A DNA stretch of 64,000 nt from Octopus sinensis (taxonomy: Eukaryota). The stretch lies in assembly GCF_006345805.1 (NCBI RefSeq), contig NC_043004.1, positions 26,908,001 to 26,972,000 on the forward strand, in the 5' to 3' direction. The translations under genes and the position numbers were made by a program. Positions 1 to 12,489 of the stretch are shown in pieces. Numbering within the stretch: the stretch's first letter is position 1; each line of letters opens with the position of its first letter. The notes under the pieces are model-generated. The model saw only the letters and a list, made by a program, of their open reading frames with translations. It made no database searches and was not told the origin of the DNA.

Positions 1-184
1 TCATTTATCATTATTCTATAGAACTGTTCTCAACAGCAACAGCTGCAACAGTGTCCACTGCAGTGGAAGAATCAGCAATGTACAATAAAATTTAAAATAG
101 TAAAATCAATTTTTAAAATATTGAAATAGTAAAATTAATTTTTAAAAAAATACATCAAAATAGTTTGTTTTTATAAATTTTACA

Positions 185-450
185 TTTGGTCATATTCTGA
201 AGCTATTTACCATTTAGTTCTGAAAGTAGCCACATGATAATGAATCAATTGTTAATACAAAGAGAAAAGAGGATTTATTTCTTATTGGCTTCATCAAAGA
301 ATTTGCCAAATCTTTTCACATGAAAAGTAAAGAATACAATTAAAAGACAAAAAAACCCCAAAGAATAGGAAGTCTATTTTGATGTTAATCTTCTTTATTT
401 ATTTGGAACCAAAACCATAAATTATTCAACCTTCACTAATACAAGAAACA
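185..450 (+). mobile_element. possible decayed L1/Tx1-like LINE 3' end
   Basis: Stop-ridden + strand translation gives SEAIYHLVLKVA ... LPNLFT*KVKNTIKRQKN ... EVYFDVNLLYLF, loosely resembling the post-zinc-knuckle C-terminus of L1/Tx1 ORF2. Weak. Confidence 0.2.
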
Positions 451-1132
451 AGAAACAAAGATACATAGAATGGATATTCTTTGGAATTTTAATTTTCTGT
501 TTTCATATGCATGATTAAATTTGTATTCTAGTTTTATATCTGCTGGTTTTTCAGTATTTTCAATAATCTGCATCAAAAATTCTTTAAGTTTCTTTTTTGC
601 CATTTTTACCAAACAAATACTAGATGAATTCAAAGCATTTTAAAAAAGAATTGATGAAAAAAATTAACTTCATGATCACCGAGGAAAGGAAAAAGAAAAG
701 TGGTTAAGGAAAACATAAAAAATTTGACATTTTAAGAAGGAAAGTGATTGTATGACCTTGATGCCTTTCCCACATGAATTAAAAATAGTAGTGAAAATGG
801 GTCACACACACTTATGCTGGGATAATGAAGTGCAGTAACAAATATTTCTCACAGAAACAGAGCACCAGAACTGAAAAAAAAGGTGATCATGTAGCACTCA
901 TAATTATCTTAGGAACATAGGTGGTATAAGCAAAGCGTAATGACTACAATAGAGAAACATAGATAATGCCAGAGTTTCAGGTTGTAAGCATTGCAATAAC
1001 AACAATATAAGGTTTTACAAACCTTATATTGTTGTTGTTGCAACAGGAGCAGTAGCAACAGTAGCAGATACAGCAGAAGTAGGCATAGCAACAGCAGTAA
1101 TAGTAACAACAACAATAAAAGCTGTGTCAACG

Positions 1133-1270
1133 TTACAGATGGTTGTGGGGTAAGAAACTTGCTTTCCAACCTCATGGTTCTGGGTTCAGTCCCACTGCAT
1201 GGCACCTTAAGCAAGTATTTTTTACTACAACCTCAGGTTGATCAAAGCCTTGTAAGTGGATTTGGTAGCA
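1133..1270 (+). mobile_element. tRNA-derived SINE family A, 5' half (diverged)
   Basis: GGTTGTGGGGTAAGAAACTTGC...TGGGTTCAGTCCCACTGCATGGCACCTTAAGCAAG...AAAGCCTTGTAAGTGGATTTGGTAG aligns to the full copy at 60291-60700. Confidence 0.8.
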
Positions 1271-1959
1271 ACAAGGAGAGTACAGGTTGACAGTCAACCA
1301 AAACTTTCATTATGCTGTCTCTCTTCTTTCACCTCTTTGTGGGGTTAATAATCTTAATCTTTGGTTACAGTTTCTCATTCAAACTACATAATAGGCAGAA
1401 TTGTCAGATTAAGACAGTAGGGTGTTTTGAGGAAGATTTGGCTGCAATTTCTACCAGGTCTAGCTACCATGTAGAGGTCTGAACTTAATTTTCATTCACA
1501 TATTTGCATTTCAAAAATTTAACATAATCTTTTCCATAGATCAACTATCGTAAAAATTTTATATGATGCCCTCACATTTTCTATGTATGTGTGTGTACCT
1601 TAAAAGACATCAATCATCACGACAGACACCTTAACTCACTCCCTCTATCTCTCTTTCTCACCCTATCACATACATACGTGCCAGCATGCATGCACGCATG
1701 CACACATGCACACACAGACACGCACATAGACACACACATACACATATACACACACACGTCCATTTCATATATCTTCTTTCAATTTCTGCTCTCTGCAAAT
1801 AACATTTTTATGGATACAACTGCTTACAAAAATAGGGATTAATGTATAATTTCTTTCTACGTTCATAATTAAATCAATGTTTTAATGATTAGACAGAGGT
1901 CCAATACAATAGCTCTCAGAAACAGACTACGTACAAATTCTTTCTTCATAACTGCTGAA

Positions 1960-2063
1960 GCTGTTTTCTGACAGAGGGTGGGGGGGGGGGTCAGGAAATT
2001 TTCAGACAGCTGGAGGCTCCAATCAAAACAGGGGACCCGAAATGATAAGGTTGAGAAACACTG
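1960..2063. mobile_element. hAT-type MITE end
   Basis: Ends in AGGTTGAGAAACACTG, the reverse complement of CAGTGTTTCTCAACC, a typical hAT/Charlie TIR. Partner TIR not found. Confidence 0.45.
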
Positions 2064-2141
2064 TTATAGATTGTGCCTAACCGAAAATGATCACAGCCAC
2101 ATCCTCCAAAAAGACCGGGTGAAACCAGGCTTAGCTGCTAG
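2064..2141 (+). mobile_element. Helitron-like 3' terminus
   Basis: Imperfect GC hairpin CCGGGTGAAACCAGG followed about 10 nt later by CTAG|T at 2138-2142. Confidence 0.5.
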
Positions 2142-2249
2142 TTTTCTATAAATTTGAATTTGAAGTATATACATATATATATATTATCTATATCTATATC
2201 TTTCTATCTCTCAATATATATATGTGTGAGTGTGTGTGTGCGTGTTTGT

Positions 2250-2663
2250 GAAAACCTTGTATCTCTGCCGTAAGGCTTCATTTCCACACGCGCCAGCTTA
2301 ATTCAATTCGTCCTTAGTCGAAAGACACCTGTTGTTATGTCCTATTATTATTTTTTTTTTCATTGTATTTATATTTGTGTAACATTGTCCGTTTTTTTCC
2401 TTCCTTGTTTTTGTATACACTCGTTGCTTTCTTCCAAGGACTCTAATGCTCTTAGTTTAGATTTTTTCTTGGGGCTGGCCAGATTGGAGCAATCTCAAGA
2501 ATAATCAGCCAAAATTGCGAGGATAATCTGGTGCTTGACTGAAGAAAGAAAACTTCGAATAACCCGTCCTTGTTTTCTTTGTATCGTCTATCCGGTTGTT
2601 TTGTTGTCCCTTTTTGTATCAGCTAGCTGTCCGGATGTTTTGCATTCTTGTCCCATTTCGTGT

Positions 2664-2670
<7 letters not shown>
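2250..2670. mobile_element. dispersed repeat, probably a PLE-derived terminal piece; inverted homolog of 31590-31975 and 32355-32720
   Basis: Shares GAAAGACACCTGTTG and GATAATCTGGTGCTTGACTGAAGA blocks with the reverse complement of the 31.6-32.7 kb copies; flanked by (TA)n/(TG)n. Confidence 0.6.
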
Positions 2671-2695
<25 letters not shown>

Positions 2696-2696
<1 letters not shown>

Positions 2697-2791
2697 TATA
2701 ATTGAGAATAAACAGTAAAAAGTTGTCATTATAGTACTCGAAACTCTGAGTACTATAATGACACCCTTTTACTGCTTATTCTAAATTATAA
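2696..2791. repeat. 96-bp palindromic hairpin / tiny MITE
   Basis: 44-bp arms 2696-2739 and 2748-2791 with 4 mismatches; inner 16 bp TGTCATTATAGTACTC perfect; 8-nt loop GAAACTCT. Confidence 0.85.
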
Positions 2792-2859
2792 CATATATAA
2801 ATATCCTCTATTTATCTTATATCAAGGTCACATTCTTTTGTTGCTACTTTTTGTTGTTA

Positions 2860-2860
2860 C

Positions 2861-2891
<31 letters not shown>

Positions 2892-2915
2892 CATCATCAT
2901 TATTATTATTATTAC

Positions 2916-2958
<43 letters not shown>
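2860..2958. repeat. (ATT)n microsatellite
   Basis: Direct inspection; source of the poly-Ile and poly-Asn ORFs. Confidence 0.97.
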
Positions 2959-2989
2959 ATATATATGTATATAATGTATATGCATATTT

Positions 2990-3710
2990 TTGAAGTTTTT
3001 ATCATAGCACAAGATCAAAGCTTGGCAACCAGGGCTTACCACAACAAAATAATGAATGATGGCACTGACCAAAAATGCAGAATGTGTTATGAGCAGGATG
3101 AAACAGTGGACCACATCTTAACTGGATGCACAGCACTTGCAAAAACCGAATATATTCATAGACACGATAGGGTAACGCAATATATCCATTAAAAGATATG
3201 TAAACATTACCAGCTTCCAACTTCAGAAAGATGGTACCAGCATAAACCTGAAACTGTGACCGGAAAAGATGATGTAACAGTACTCTGGGACATGCCAATC
3301 AACACCGATAAAGAAATCAAGGAAAACAGGCCGGACATAATCATCAAAGATGGGAAGAATAAGAAATGCTAAATGATAGAAGTGACAGTACCATCAGAGA
3401 GAAATGTGTCCATTAAAGTTGAGAAGTTAAGTACAAAGACCTAGAAATGGAAGTGACCAAGATGTGGGGAATGAAGAGCAGCACAGCACCAGTGGCGATT
3501 GGAGTGTTGGGACTAATTAAAAAAGGGCCTTGATAAGCAGTGTTAATGTGGGAGAACTTCAGAAAATAGTGTTGCTAGGTTCCTCACATATTTTACGCCA
3601 TGTACTCTCCATGAGATGAGGACCTGCTGTAACTCTAGGGTCAAGGGATGACCCCGGTTCAGCAGAAGACAACAGACCATATTTTATTTTTTTTTAAATA
3701 ATAATAATAG
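2990..3710 (+). mobile_element. R4/Dong-like non-LTR retrotransposon 3' fragment (CCHC knuckle + REL endonuclease), decayed
   Basis: AQDQSLATRAY...CRMCYEQDETVDHILTGC...RHDRV; then LWDMPINTDKEIKENRPDIIIKD; ends LGSSHILRHVLS; short (TAA)n tail; internal stops and frameshifts. Confidence 0.85.
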
Positions 3711-4411
3711 CCAGACTGGAGTAGTGAATAAATCAAAATGTTAACCCCTACAAGTAGTTAATTGTTTCGTTGGGCATTATTCCTAATGAAGATATATTCA
3801 TTGTAATTTGGTGCAAGTGTTTTCAATAACTTGAGAATTGTTAAAGCATTGCATCCCTATATGAATACAAACTTCTGTTTTTTTATGGGTTGGTTGCCCA
3901 TATGTCAACATATCAGTTTAACTAATTTTGTTCCTCGTCAAAAGTTTACTTAACCTAAAATTTGTTCCTTTGAATAGATAACAAATCCATTCTCTATGTG
4001 AAATTACCTATCAGTATCAATGAAAATAAAGTAACCCAATGCTCACTCTATGAAGACTGACTGTATTTCTTACATGAATAGATATGGCATCAAAACTGTT
4101 TGGCAGTCAATTCCAAACAGCATTCTTCTTGTGTTTCCATCAATAATTATTCTATCTTTAAATAATGTCTTCTCAATCATCAAAATCTTTTCTTAAAGCA
4201 TAAATCTCAACAAATTCTCTATTTTTTTCCATGACAAGCTCTGTTGTATGTGAATTTATTTATCTACTTCACCATCTGATTATTCCTCTCCAGGAAGGAT
4301 TGCAAAAGAGGAAAAAAATGTTTTAAAAGTCCAATAGTAAAAACATAATTCAAAAATACAGGCCCCAAGAACTGAAGTTTTATTTCCTGGAATTTTAACG
4401 ATCTTTTATAC

Positions 4412-4424
4412 ACTCACACACGCA

Positions 4425-4484
<60 letters not shown>

Positions 4485-4507
4485 CACACACACAAACACA
4501 CACACAG
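4412..4507. repeat. (CA)n microsatellite
   Basis: Direct inspection. Confidence 0.97.
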
Positions 4508-5360
4508 AGTTCCCGATTTTTTTCTCAAAAACAAATTATTTTTCTTCATTTCATGACATTCTTTGATCAGTTGACATATTCAACACTAAAATACAACCAA
4601 AATTCTTTGAACTAAAACTGATATTCCATGTCTATGTATTGACTGCAAAAATGTTTTTGTTGATGTTTTTCACTTGAGGCAGTAATCTGCTAGAATCAGT
4701 TTCTTATGAAATTTCCTCCCAGCTAGATCCATAACTTATTTTCTACTTCACATCATCTTCAATGATTAAATTTCAACAAAGGAGTTATTTTTTTCTGTTT
4801 CATTTTTATCCTTATTTATCCACATTTTATTTATTCTTCAACTGACAAGTATGTGGTACTTCATTTTGGTAGACATATGTCTGAATTGGAAAGAAGAAAT
4901 GGCAGAAACAACAACAGCAACAAGGACAACAACAATAACACCCACAATAATAATAGTAATAACAGCAAAACTATAATAATAATAATCGATTTCTTCTACA
5001 TGCACTCCATCTCATATGTAAGAGAAAAGGGAAAAAGATATTATGTAACCTTTGCATGTTTTCCAAAGACATCGGAGATAAACGTGTAGAGAAATGGCAA
5101 TGTGTTGTTTGTAACTCAGTCTTTAAATAGTTGAGCTGTAAAACTGTTCCTTTATAGTCCAGTACATTTAGATTGAATGCTGTTCATGATTTTATTGAGT
5201 ATATGAGCATTTTTACTATCATCATTTAACACCCTTCTTTGATGCTGGCATGGGTTTGAACAGAACATAAATGAAGTGAAACAAATGACAAATTGGGTTC
5301 TAAAACTAGCTTGCTTGACAGTAGCTTTTCTTTCAAATGTTTCACTGAAGTTGAATGCAG

Positions 5361-5856
<496 letters not shown>

Positions 5857-6051
5857 GTGCTGTGGTTTGCTGTGATGCTCTTATGGTTACTGTATTGAAA
5901 ATGTTTTGTGTAGAATGTGTTTCACACATCCTACGCAAAACACTTTCAATACAGTAACCATAAAAGCATCACAGCAAACCACAGCACATACCCAAGGCAC
6001 ACAGTGCTGTGCTCAGTAGTGCAGTGAAAGCACGTTATAAAAATAAGACTA

Positions 6052-6098
<47 letters not shown>
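5857..6098 (+). mobile_element. R4/Dong-like 3' end (second family) preceded by a 64-bp inverted copy of itself
   Basis: 5924-5987 (ACACATCCTACGCAAAACACTTTCAATACAGTAA = HILRKTLSIQ*) is homologous to 26088-26125; 5857-5920 is its reverse complement with 4 mismatches; (TAA)n tail at 6055-6098. Confidence 0.85.
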
Positions 6099-6099
<1 letters not shown>

Positions 6100-6533
6100 T
6101 TTGCGGTGTGTCTCTCTTGAGATGGCCTACCTAATGCATAGTAATAAGCGTATATTACTTCTTTATTATCTTCTCGGGTCCATTTGTTCCGCTTACATTT
6201 TTCTTTCTGTGGTGGTTGTGGTGGTGAACTTGGAGGGCTCGAGTTGGGGGATTTCCCGTTCAAGTGACCATCCATGTCCGTATTCGGAGAAGAGTTTGTG
6301 CCAGTTGATGACTTTTCGATCCCAGGCTGACTCTTCCCTGGGGGACGCGCTTCCAGATTAACCATAGGACAAGCGATTTGGTATACTGATTTAGTTTTCC
6401 TTTTAGTTTCCAAAAACATTTTGGTGCTACGATAATGTTATCATTTTTTAGCTTTGATTGGCTCGTGGGGAGACGGCCATCATTGCCGTTACAATTATAA
6501 TTGTACCATTATAGCAGCCGTAGTCGGCTTATT
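6099..6533 (-). mobile_element. R4/Dong-like element 5' end (5' UTR + ORF N-terminus)
   Basis: KRNKWTREDNKEVIYAYYYALGRP resembles the WTxxEN..YY N-terminal motif of R4/Dong/Rex6-type ORFs; truncated at the (TAA)n tract. Confidence 0.65.
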
Positions 6534-6534
6534 A

Positions 6535-6640
6535 TTGTTATCATCACCATTACTATCACTATCATCATTATCACCACCATCACCATCATCGTTATCATCA
6601 TCACCATCACCATCACCACCATCATCATCAATGATATTGT
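6535..6640. repeat. (ATC/ACC)n trinucleotide low-complexity tract
   Basis: Direct inspection. Confidence 0.9.
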
Positions 6641-7054
6641 TTTATGTGTAGTCACAGCAGTATCTTATTATTGTTATTTTTGTTTTTTTTATCATTATCA
6701 CCATCACAGTAGTGTCTGTCTGTCTCGTTGGCTGGCTTGGTGGTTGGCTGGCTGACTGTCTTCAATGCCAGAGTTCTTGCCTGTCAAATGATACTTCCAT
6801 ATTTGGTTAACAATAGAGCGGAGGTGAGGTTTGTGTTGGTTGAACTCTTTGAGTGTGTGTGTGTGTGTAGATAGATAGATAGATTATCAGCACTATTACT
6901 ATCATTATTATCATCATCACCATCAGTGATATTTTTTTTTTTTTTTTAGGTGGGGTCCTATCGGTCAAAAAAATTTCAGATGTTTACTACTATTAGGCTT
7001 AAGAAAAATTAAGGAAGGGATGTTCTGTATTGTTTGTGAATAGAGAAGTTGTGT

Positions 7055-7968
7055 TCGACCAGAGAGAATCATCAGTGGCTACGGAGCTCAGGGCTAAAAG
7101 CAGAGAGCGAAGGTTTCATCCTGGCTGCTCAAGATCAAAGCCTATTAACCCGGAACTACCAGGCCAATGTGATGAAAAATGGAGCAGACCCAAAATGCCG
7201 ATTCTGCAACGACATGATTGAAACAGTGGACCATCTAATCTCTGGATGTAAAGTCTTAGCACCAGTGGAGTATAAATTAAGACATGACAGAGTTGGCCAA
7301 TATCTACACTGGCTAATAAGTCGGCATTACAATATCAAAACTGCCGACAAGTGGTATAATCACCACCCTGAGGCTGTAACTGAAGGAGAAAATGTAACCA
7401 TTCTGTGGGACTTTCCAGTACATACAGACCGAACCATCAAGGCCAATAAACCAGATATTGTTGTGAAAGACCAAAACAATAAAGTTTGCTTATTGATCGA
7501 CATGAGCATCCCCTGTGATCATAATATCTGTGATCATAATATCTCATAATATCTGAGTTTGACAAGCTCAGAAAATATAAAGACCTACTCATTGAAATTG
7601 AGAAAATGTGGCATCTCAAGGCGGTTACAATACCAGTGATCGTAGGAGCACTAGGAATGATCCAGAAGGGAACCGAAAATTATATGAGAATGATCCCTGG
7701 CTTACCATCCCTGCAAGAAGTGCAAAAGATTGTCTTAACTGGTACATCACACGTATTGAGAAGAGCATTGTCGATGTGAGAACTGTTGCTGCTCATGTAT
7801 TTTAATTTAACTTAAAAAAAAAAAAAAAAAATGAACGAACTATTGAGTTTGGTTTAATGGCCTACCAATGTATACTATGAGTTTCTTTGCCCTAGGAGTC
7901 GGGAAGACACTTGGCAAGAAATGGAAGCAAATTTGAAAGAAGAGAAAAAAAAAAAATAATAATAATCC
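7055..7968 (+). mobile_element. R4/Dong-like 3' fragment (CCHC + REL endonuclease)
   Basis: HQWLRSSGLKAESEGFILAAQDQSL...CRFCNDMIETVDHLISGC...LWDFPVHTDRTIKANKPDIVVKD. The 15-bp duplication CTGTGATCATAATAT (7513-7542) plus a partial third copy breaks the frame. Tail AATAATAAT. Confidence 0.9.
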
Positions 7969-8180
7969 TTTCTACCATAGGCACAAGGCCTGAAATTTTC
8001 GTGGGAGGGAGCTAGTCAATTACATTGACCACAGTGCATAACTGGTACTTATTTCCTCAACTCCAAAAGTATGGAACTGAAAGTTGACTCCGGCAGAATT
8101 TGAACTCAGAATATAAAGATGGACGAAGTGCTACTAAGCATTTTGCGCTGCATGCTAACAATTCTGCTGGCTTACCACTG
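7960..8180 (-). mobile_element. tRNA-derived SINE family B (Meta-domain-like core)
   Basis: ACTGGTACTTATTT...AAAGTTGACTCCGGCAGAATTTGAACTCAGAAT aligns with copies at 8190 and 53115. Confidence 0.8.
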
Positions 8181-8189
8181 TGAACAACA

Positions 8190-8415
8190 ACAATAATAAT
8201 GGTTTCAAATTTTGCTATAAAGGCAGCAATTTTGGGGGAGGGGATGACTCAATTACATCGATCCCAGAGTTTCACTGGTATTTATTTTATGGACCCCTAA
8301 AGGATGGAAGACGAAGTTGACCTCGACAGAATTTGAACTCAGAATGTAGTGACAGACAAAATACTGCTAAGCATTTTGTCCAGTTCGCTAATGATTCTGC
8401 CAGCTCGCCACCTCT
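8190..8415 (-). mobile_element. SINE family B, second tandem copy
   Basis: GACCTCGACAGAATTTGAACTCAGAATG...TTCTGCCAGCTCGCCACC; reverse-complement head GGTGGCGAGCTGGCAGAA with B-box-like GAGTTCAAATTC. Confidence 0.85.
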
Positions 8416-8529
8416 AAACATTAATAATAATAACAACAACAATTGCCCTGACTCAAAACCAGGCAGTGACACTCATGGCTTTTGATCATAACTGATTTGC
8501 TTGTCATTTGCTTGACCTGTCATTTTATT

Positions 8530-9200
8530 CATCTTCCAGGGTGTGATGTTAGTAACTGACAAACATATTTCTCCTCATGCATTTTGAAGACTGAAAGTGT
8601 AGCAGATTTAGAATATTTTCTGAGAATATACACTTTCAAGTCTTTTTCAAAATTGCAGCTGTTCTTCGGCAAGTTCTGTTGAACTACTGTTATTGTGCCT
8701 GAAGTCATGTCTGTGCCCATTAAATCTTTTGTTTGATTGTTCTGTTGTACAACCAACATAAATCAAGTTGTGTATCATGCATTCTGCCTTGTACACCAAA
8801 AGGGAATCTCTACACATCTCACTTTCTGTGTAAATCATAGCATTTCTGTTATGATTCCTGATGGAATCGACTTGACACATGTTGCACAATGAACAGGGTT
8901 AGGGTTGCAGCTGTTTTTCAAAGTACAGGAAGCAAAAACTCCAATGTTAGTTTTCTTGGAGTTAGTAGTAGAGATTAATAGTTCTCTTATATTTTTATTC
9001 TGTCTAAAGGTTACAATAAGTGGCTGAGGAAATATATGTTTGAAACGATATTTTTCTGCCACATGCTGGTAACTTTCATGCAACACTTTTGAAATGTCAG
9101 TGAAATTTTGGTGTTAGTTAATCACTAAAGGAACTCTGTCACATATTGCATTGTGTTTGCTAAAGTTATGCATGGAAATTAGACTTTCCTTGCTAATCTT
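8530..9200 (-). mobile_element. Penelope-like element 3' fragment with GIY-YIG endonuclease
   Basis: FKHIFPQPLIVTFRQNKNIRELLIS...CNMC...NLIYVGCTTEQSNKRFNGHRHDF; frameshifted. Confidence 0.8.
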
Positions 9201-9589
9201 AGCTATGTAATTTGCAATTTATTTTAATTGTGGTTCACTGTAACTGCGTTTAACATAATGGTGTACAAAAGCATTTGCAAGCTTCCACTAATCCACAATA
9301 TCAGTACAAAACCGTTTTATCTTTAAAAATTAGGATTTCAGATGTGGCTGAATTATATGATGTGGATGATCGGGGTGGTGATGGAGATAAATATAGGATG
9401 ATGTGGGCTTGCAAAATAAGTATTCTGCCTTCAGAAAACTTAACTTTTGTGTCCAAAAATTCAATGCTAATTTTTGAAAAGTAAAGAATAGCATAGCTTG
9501 GTACATAAAGAAAGTTACTGAACCACTGCTACAGGATATGAAAAGGTCAAAATTGAAAGAAAATTGAAGATTGCAAAAAAAAAAAAAGG

Positions 9590-10367
9590 GTGAATGCAAG
9601 GAGGAGAAGCAAACTGAAACCAAAACAAGATAGAAAGAAAAGATGTATGAGCAATTTTACAGGGACACAGAGTCCAAAGACGATTTGGAGAAGAGGTGGT
9701 TATGGATACAGAAAAGTGATCTTAAACCAGAAACAGAAGCTCTAATTTGTGCAGCCCAGGAGCAAGCCCCCCCAAAACAAGTTATGTTAAGCACAAGATT
9801 GACAACTCAGGTGCAACAGAAAAATGTAGGATGTATGTAGTAAAAGGAAAAACTGTGATATCATTAGCCAGTGATCAAAGCTGACACAGAAATAAAACAA
9901 GCAGTGCCATGACAGCAAAGATAGTTCATTGAGAAGAATGCAGAAAAGACAGTCTTGAAAGAAGAAGCCAGTGGCATGAGCATAAACTAGAAGACATTGT
10001 AGAAAATGACTATACAGAGATTTTATGGGATATTACGGTACAATAAGACTATAAAATTGAACATTGCAAACCACATATTATGGCGATTAACAAAGTCAAC
10101 AAACAGTGTTTGATTCTAAATGTAGCTTTTCTAGCTGACATTAAGGTTTGTGACAAAGAATTGATGAAGATTGAAAGATATGAACTACTACTAGCATGAG
10201 AGATAAAACATTTGAAGGCAATGAATAAGGTCAAGGTGGTTCCAGTTGTTGTTGGGGCACTTGGAACTGTGAGTACCAGCATTGAAAGCTATTTTAAAAA
10301 AAAAGTCAGAGACAACATCAGCGTGGGGCACTTACAAAGAACAGTACTCTTTGGAACTGCTAGAATA
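9590..10367 (+). mobile_element. R4/Dong-like 3' fragment, heavily decayed
   Basis: MYEQFYRDTESKDDLEKRWLWIQKSDLKPETEALICAAQEQA...VKVVPVVVGALGTVS...LQRTVLFGTARI; cut at TA 10366-10367 by a mariner. Confidence 0.85.
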
Positions 10368-10990
10368 TCAGGTCATCCCATAAGTTCAGTCCGAATTTTG
10401 AATAAAGAAACCAAGAGATCAAATGTAATATCTAATTGAAATTTAATCATCAATGTACTTCCCTGATTATTTATGACTTCCTTCCATCTATTTACAAGCT
10501 TTTTAATCCCATAAATGTAAAACTCTTTTGGTTTCAAAGTGAAGAACTCTGAAATGTCATTTTCGACCTCCTCCTGGCTTGCAAAAGTTATGCCCCCCAA
10601 ATGATTCTGTAAACTACAAAACAAATGGTAGTCTGAAGGAGCAAGGTCGGGAGAGTAAGGTGGATGAGGAATTTTTTCCCAACCAAGCTCTTCGATCTTC
10701 TGTGATGTGATCTTTGCAATGTGAGGTTGCACATTGTCCTGATGAAACATCACTCCTTTTTGATTCACTAAAGTGGGTCTTTCTTCTTTAAAGCTTGGTT
10801 CAAATGCCCTAATTGCTTACAGTAGACTTGAGCATTGATTGTTGCATTAGATGGTAACAATTCAAAGTGAATTACTCCTTTGCAATCCCACCAGATAGAG
10901 AGAAGAACCTTTTTCCCAGGAAGTTCTCTTCTCGGTTGTGGTTGAACTTTTTCCCTTTTACCAAGCCACTGTTTATGACATTTAAAAGTT
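10368..10990 (-). mobile_element. mariner transposase 3' half with right TIR
   Basis: KKVLLSIWWDCKGVIHFELLP...HQDNVQPH...PHPPYSPDLAPSDYHLF; TIR TA|TCAGGTCATCCCATAAG; stop at 10768-10770; left part missing. Confidence 0.92.
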
Positions 10991-11179
10991 CGGGAGCTAG
11001 TGAAGAGCAATGATACAGTGGCACAGGGCCAAAAGGTCAGGAGGTAAGCATAGAGCATGAAGTAGAAATGTGAGGAAGAGAAGAGATGTAGAGACGTAGT
11101 TTGGTTTGTTGTGGTAGAGTGTGTGAGAAGTTTTGTTAATGTGGGTGGGACACAGTGCTTCTAGAACTCAGTCTTACTG

Positions 11180-12440
11180 ATGTGGGTGGGTCTTCTCAAG
11201 AATTTCATATTGTCAGACATATTGGTCCATTGTCATTTCCTCTGTGATGCCCAATATCCTGAGATCGACTCTTACCTCTTCACCACATATATTTCTGGGT
11301 CTCCCTCTTCTGTGGGCACCATCCACTTTCAGTGATTGGCACTTCTTTATGCAGCTGTCCTCATTCATATGCATCACATGTCCAAACCAATGTAGTCTTC
11401 TCTCTTGCACGCTACATTTGATTCCTCTTATGCCCAACTTTTCTCTCAACACATTTGCGCTTCATTGTATACGTGCATTAATGTTGCACATCCAATGAAA
11501 CATACTACCTTCGTTTCTCTCCTGTCTATACATGTCTTCAACATTCAGAGCCCATGTCTCACTACCATAGAGTATAGCCGTTCACACACAAGCATCATAT
11601 AGTCTACCTTTCACTCTGAGAGAGAGTCCTTTTGTTGCCAACAGAGGTAATAGCTCTCTGAACCTCCTCCACCCAATTCATCTTCTAGAAACCATACTTT
11701 CAGAGCATCTTCCACCATTGAGGATTTAGTCACCTAGGTAACAGAAACTATCTACAGCTTCAAGAGAGTATCCTGGGCATTTCAGAAAATCTAAGTCACA
11801 TGTGCTCTTAGTGCTTATTGTTCCTGCACATCCGCTACATACAAAGATAACTTTATACCTGGAATCTGCAATAAGAGCAAGGTCATTCAGTTTTTTAAAT
11901 TCCTCTGTTAATGGCCTGGAGGACTATGATGAATAAGAGTAGGCTGATAACTGAGCCCTGGTGAGCCCCTCCCTGAATGCTGAATTCATCACTGTATTCA
12001 TGGCCGACTCTCACCTCACTGACAGCACCTCAGTATATGGCTTGTACAGCTCTGACAAGCCACTCCTCTACTCCTAACTTCCTTAGAGATCGCTGCATAA
12101 TAGAGCAGGGAACTCTGTCAAAAGCTTTCTCCAGGCTGACAAAGGCTAAGTACAATGGCTTACTTTTGGCCAAGTACTTTTCCTGCAGCTGTTTCACTTA
12201 GAAGATAACATCTGTGACACTCTTCCCAGGTACAAAACCAAACTGCATCTCATTTAGTTTAATTCTATTTCTTATAAATTGAGCTATAACCCTCTCAGTA
12301 ACTTTCAAGACTTGGACTAGCAATTTAATGCCTCTGTAGTTGTTTTTACCCTTATAGCAGCTGACCATAATGCTATTACACCAGTCATTGGGGATGATGC
12401 CTACCTGAATAACCTGATTAACTATACGGGTGACCAAGCT
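11180..12440 (-). mobile_element. RTE-clade LINE fragment (RT + C-terminus)
   Basis: NYRGIKLL...MQFGFVPGKS.TDVIF; VQERRLHWFGHVMHMNEDSCIKKCQSLKVDGAHRRGRPR. Confidence 0.9.
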
Positions 12441-12489
12441 GTGTCCTACACCACCATAGAAAATGAATGGGAGAAGGAGAGTCTCCCAT

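Noticed and set aside
436-633. 65-aa - strand ORF and the IADSSTAVDTVAAVAVENSSIE* stretch at 12-80
   Set aside because: No splice signals or recognisable family; the frames are not connected.
2530-2575. CTGAAGA motif in the 2250/31590/32355 repeat family as a hammerhead
   Set aside because: All three copies have GAAT, not GAAA, after a very weak stem II, and stems I/III are not evident.
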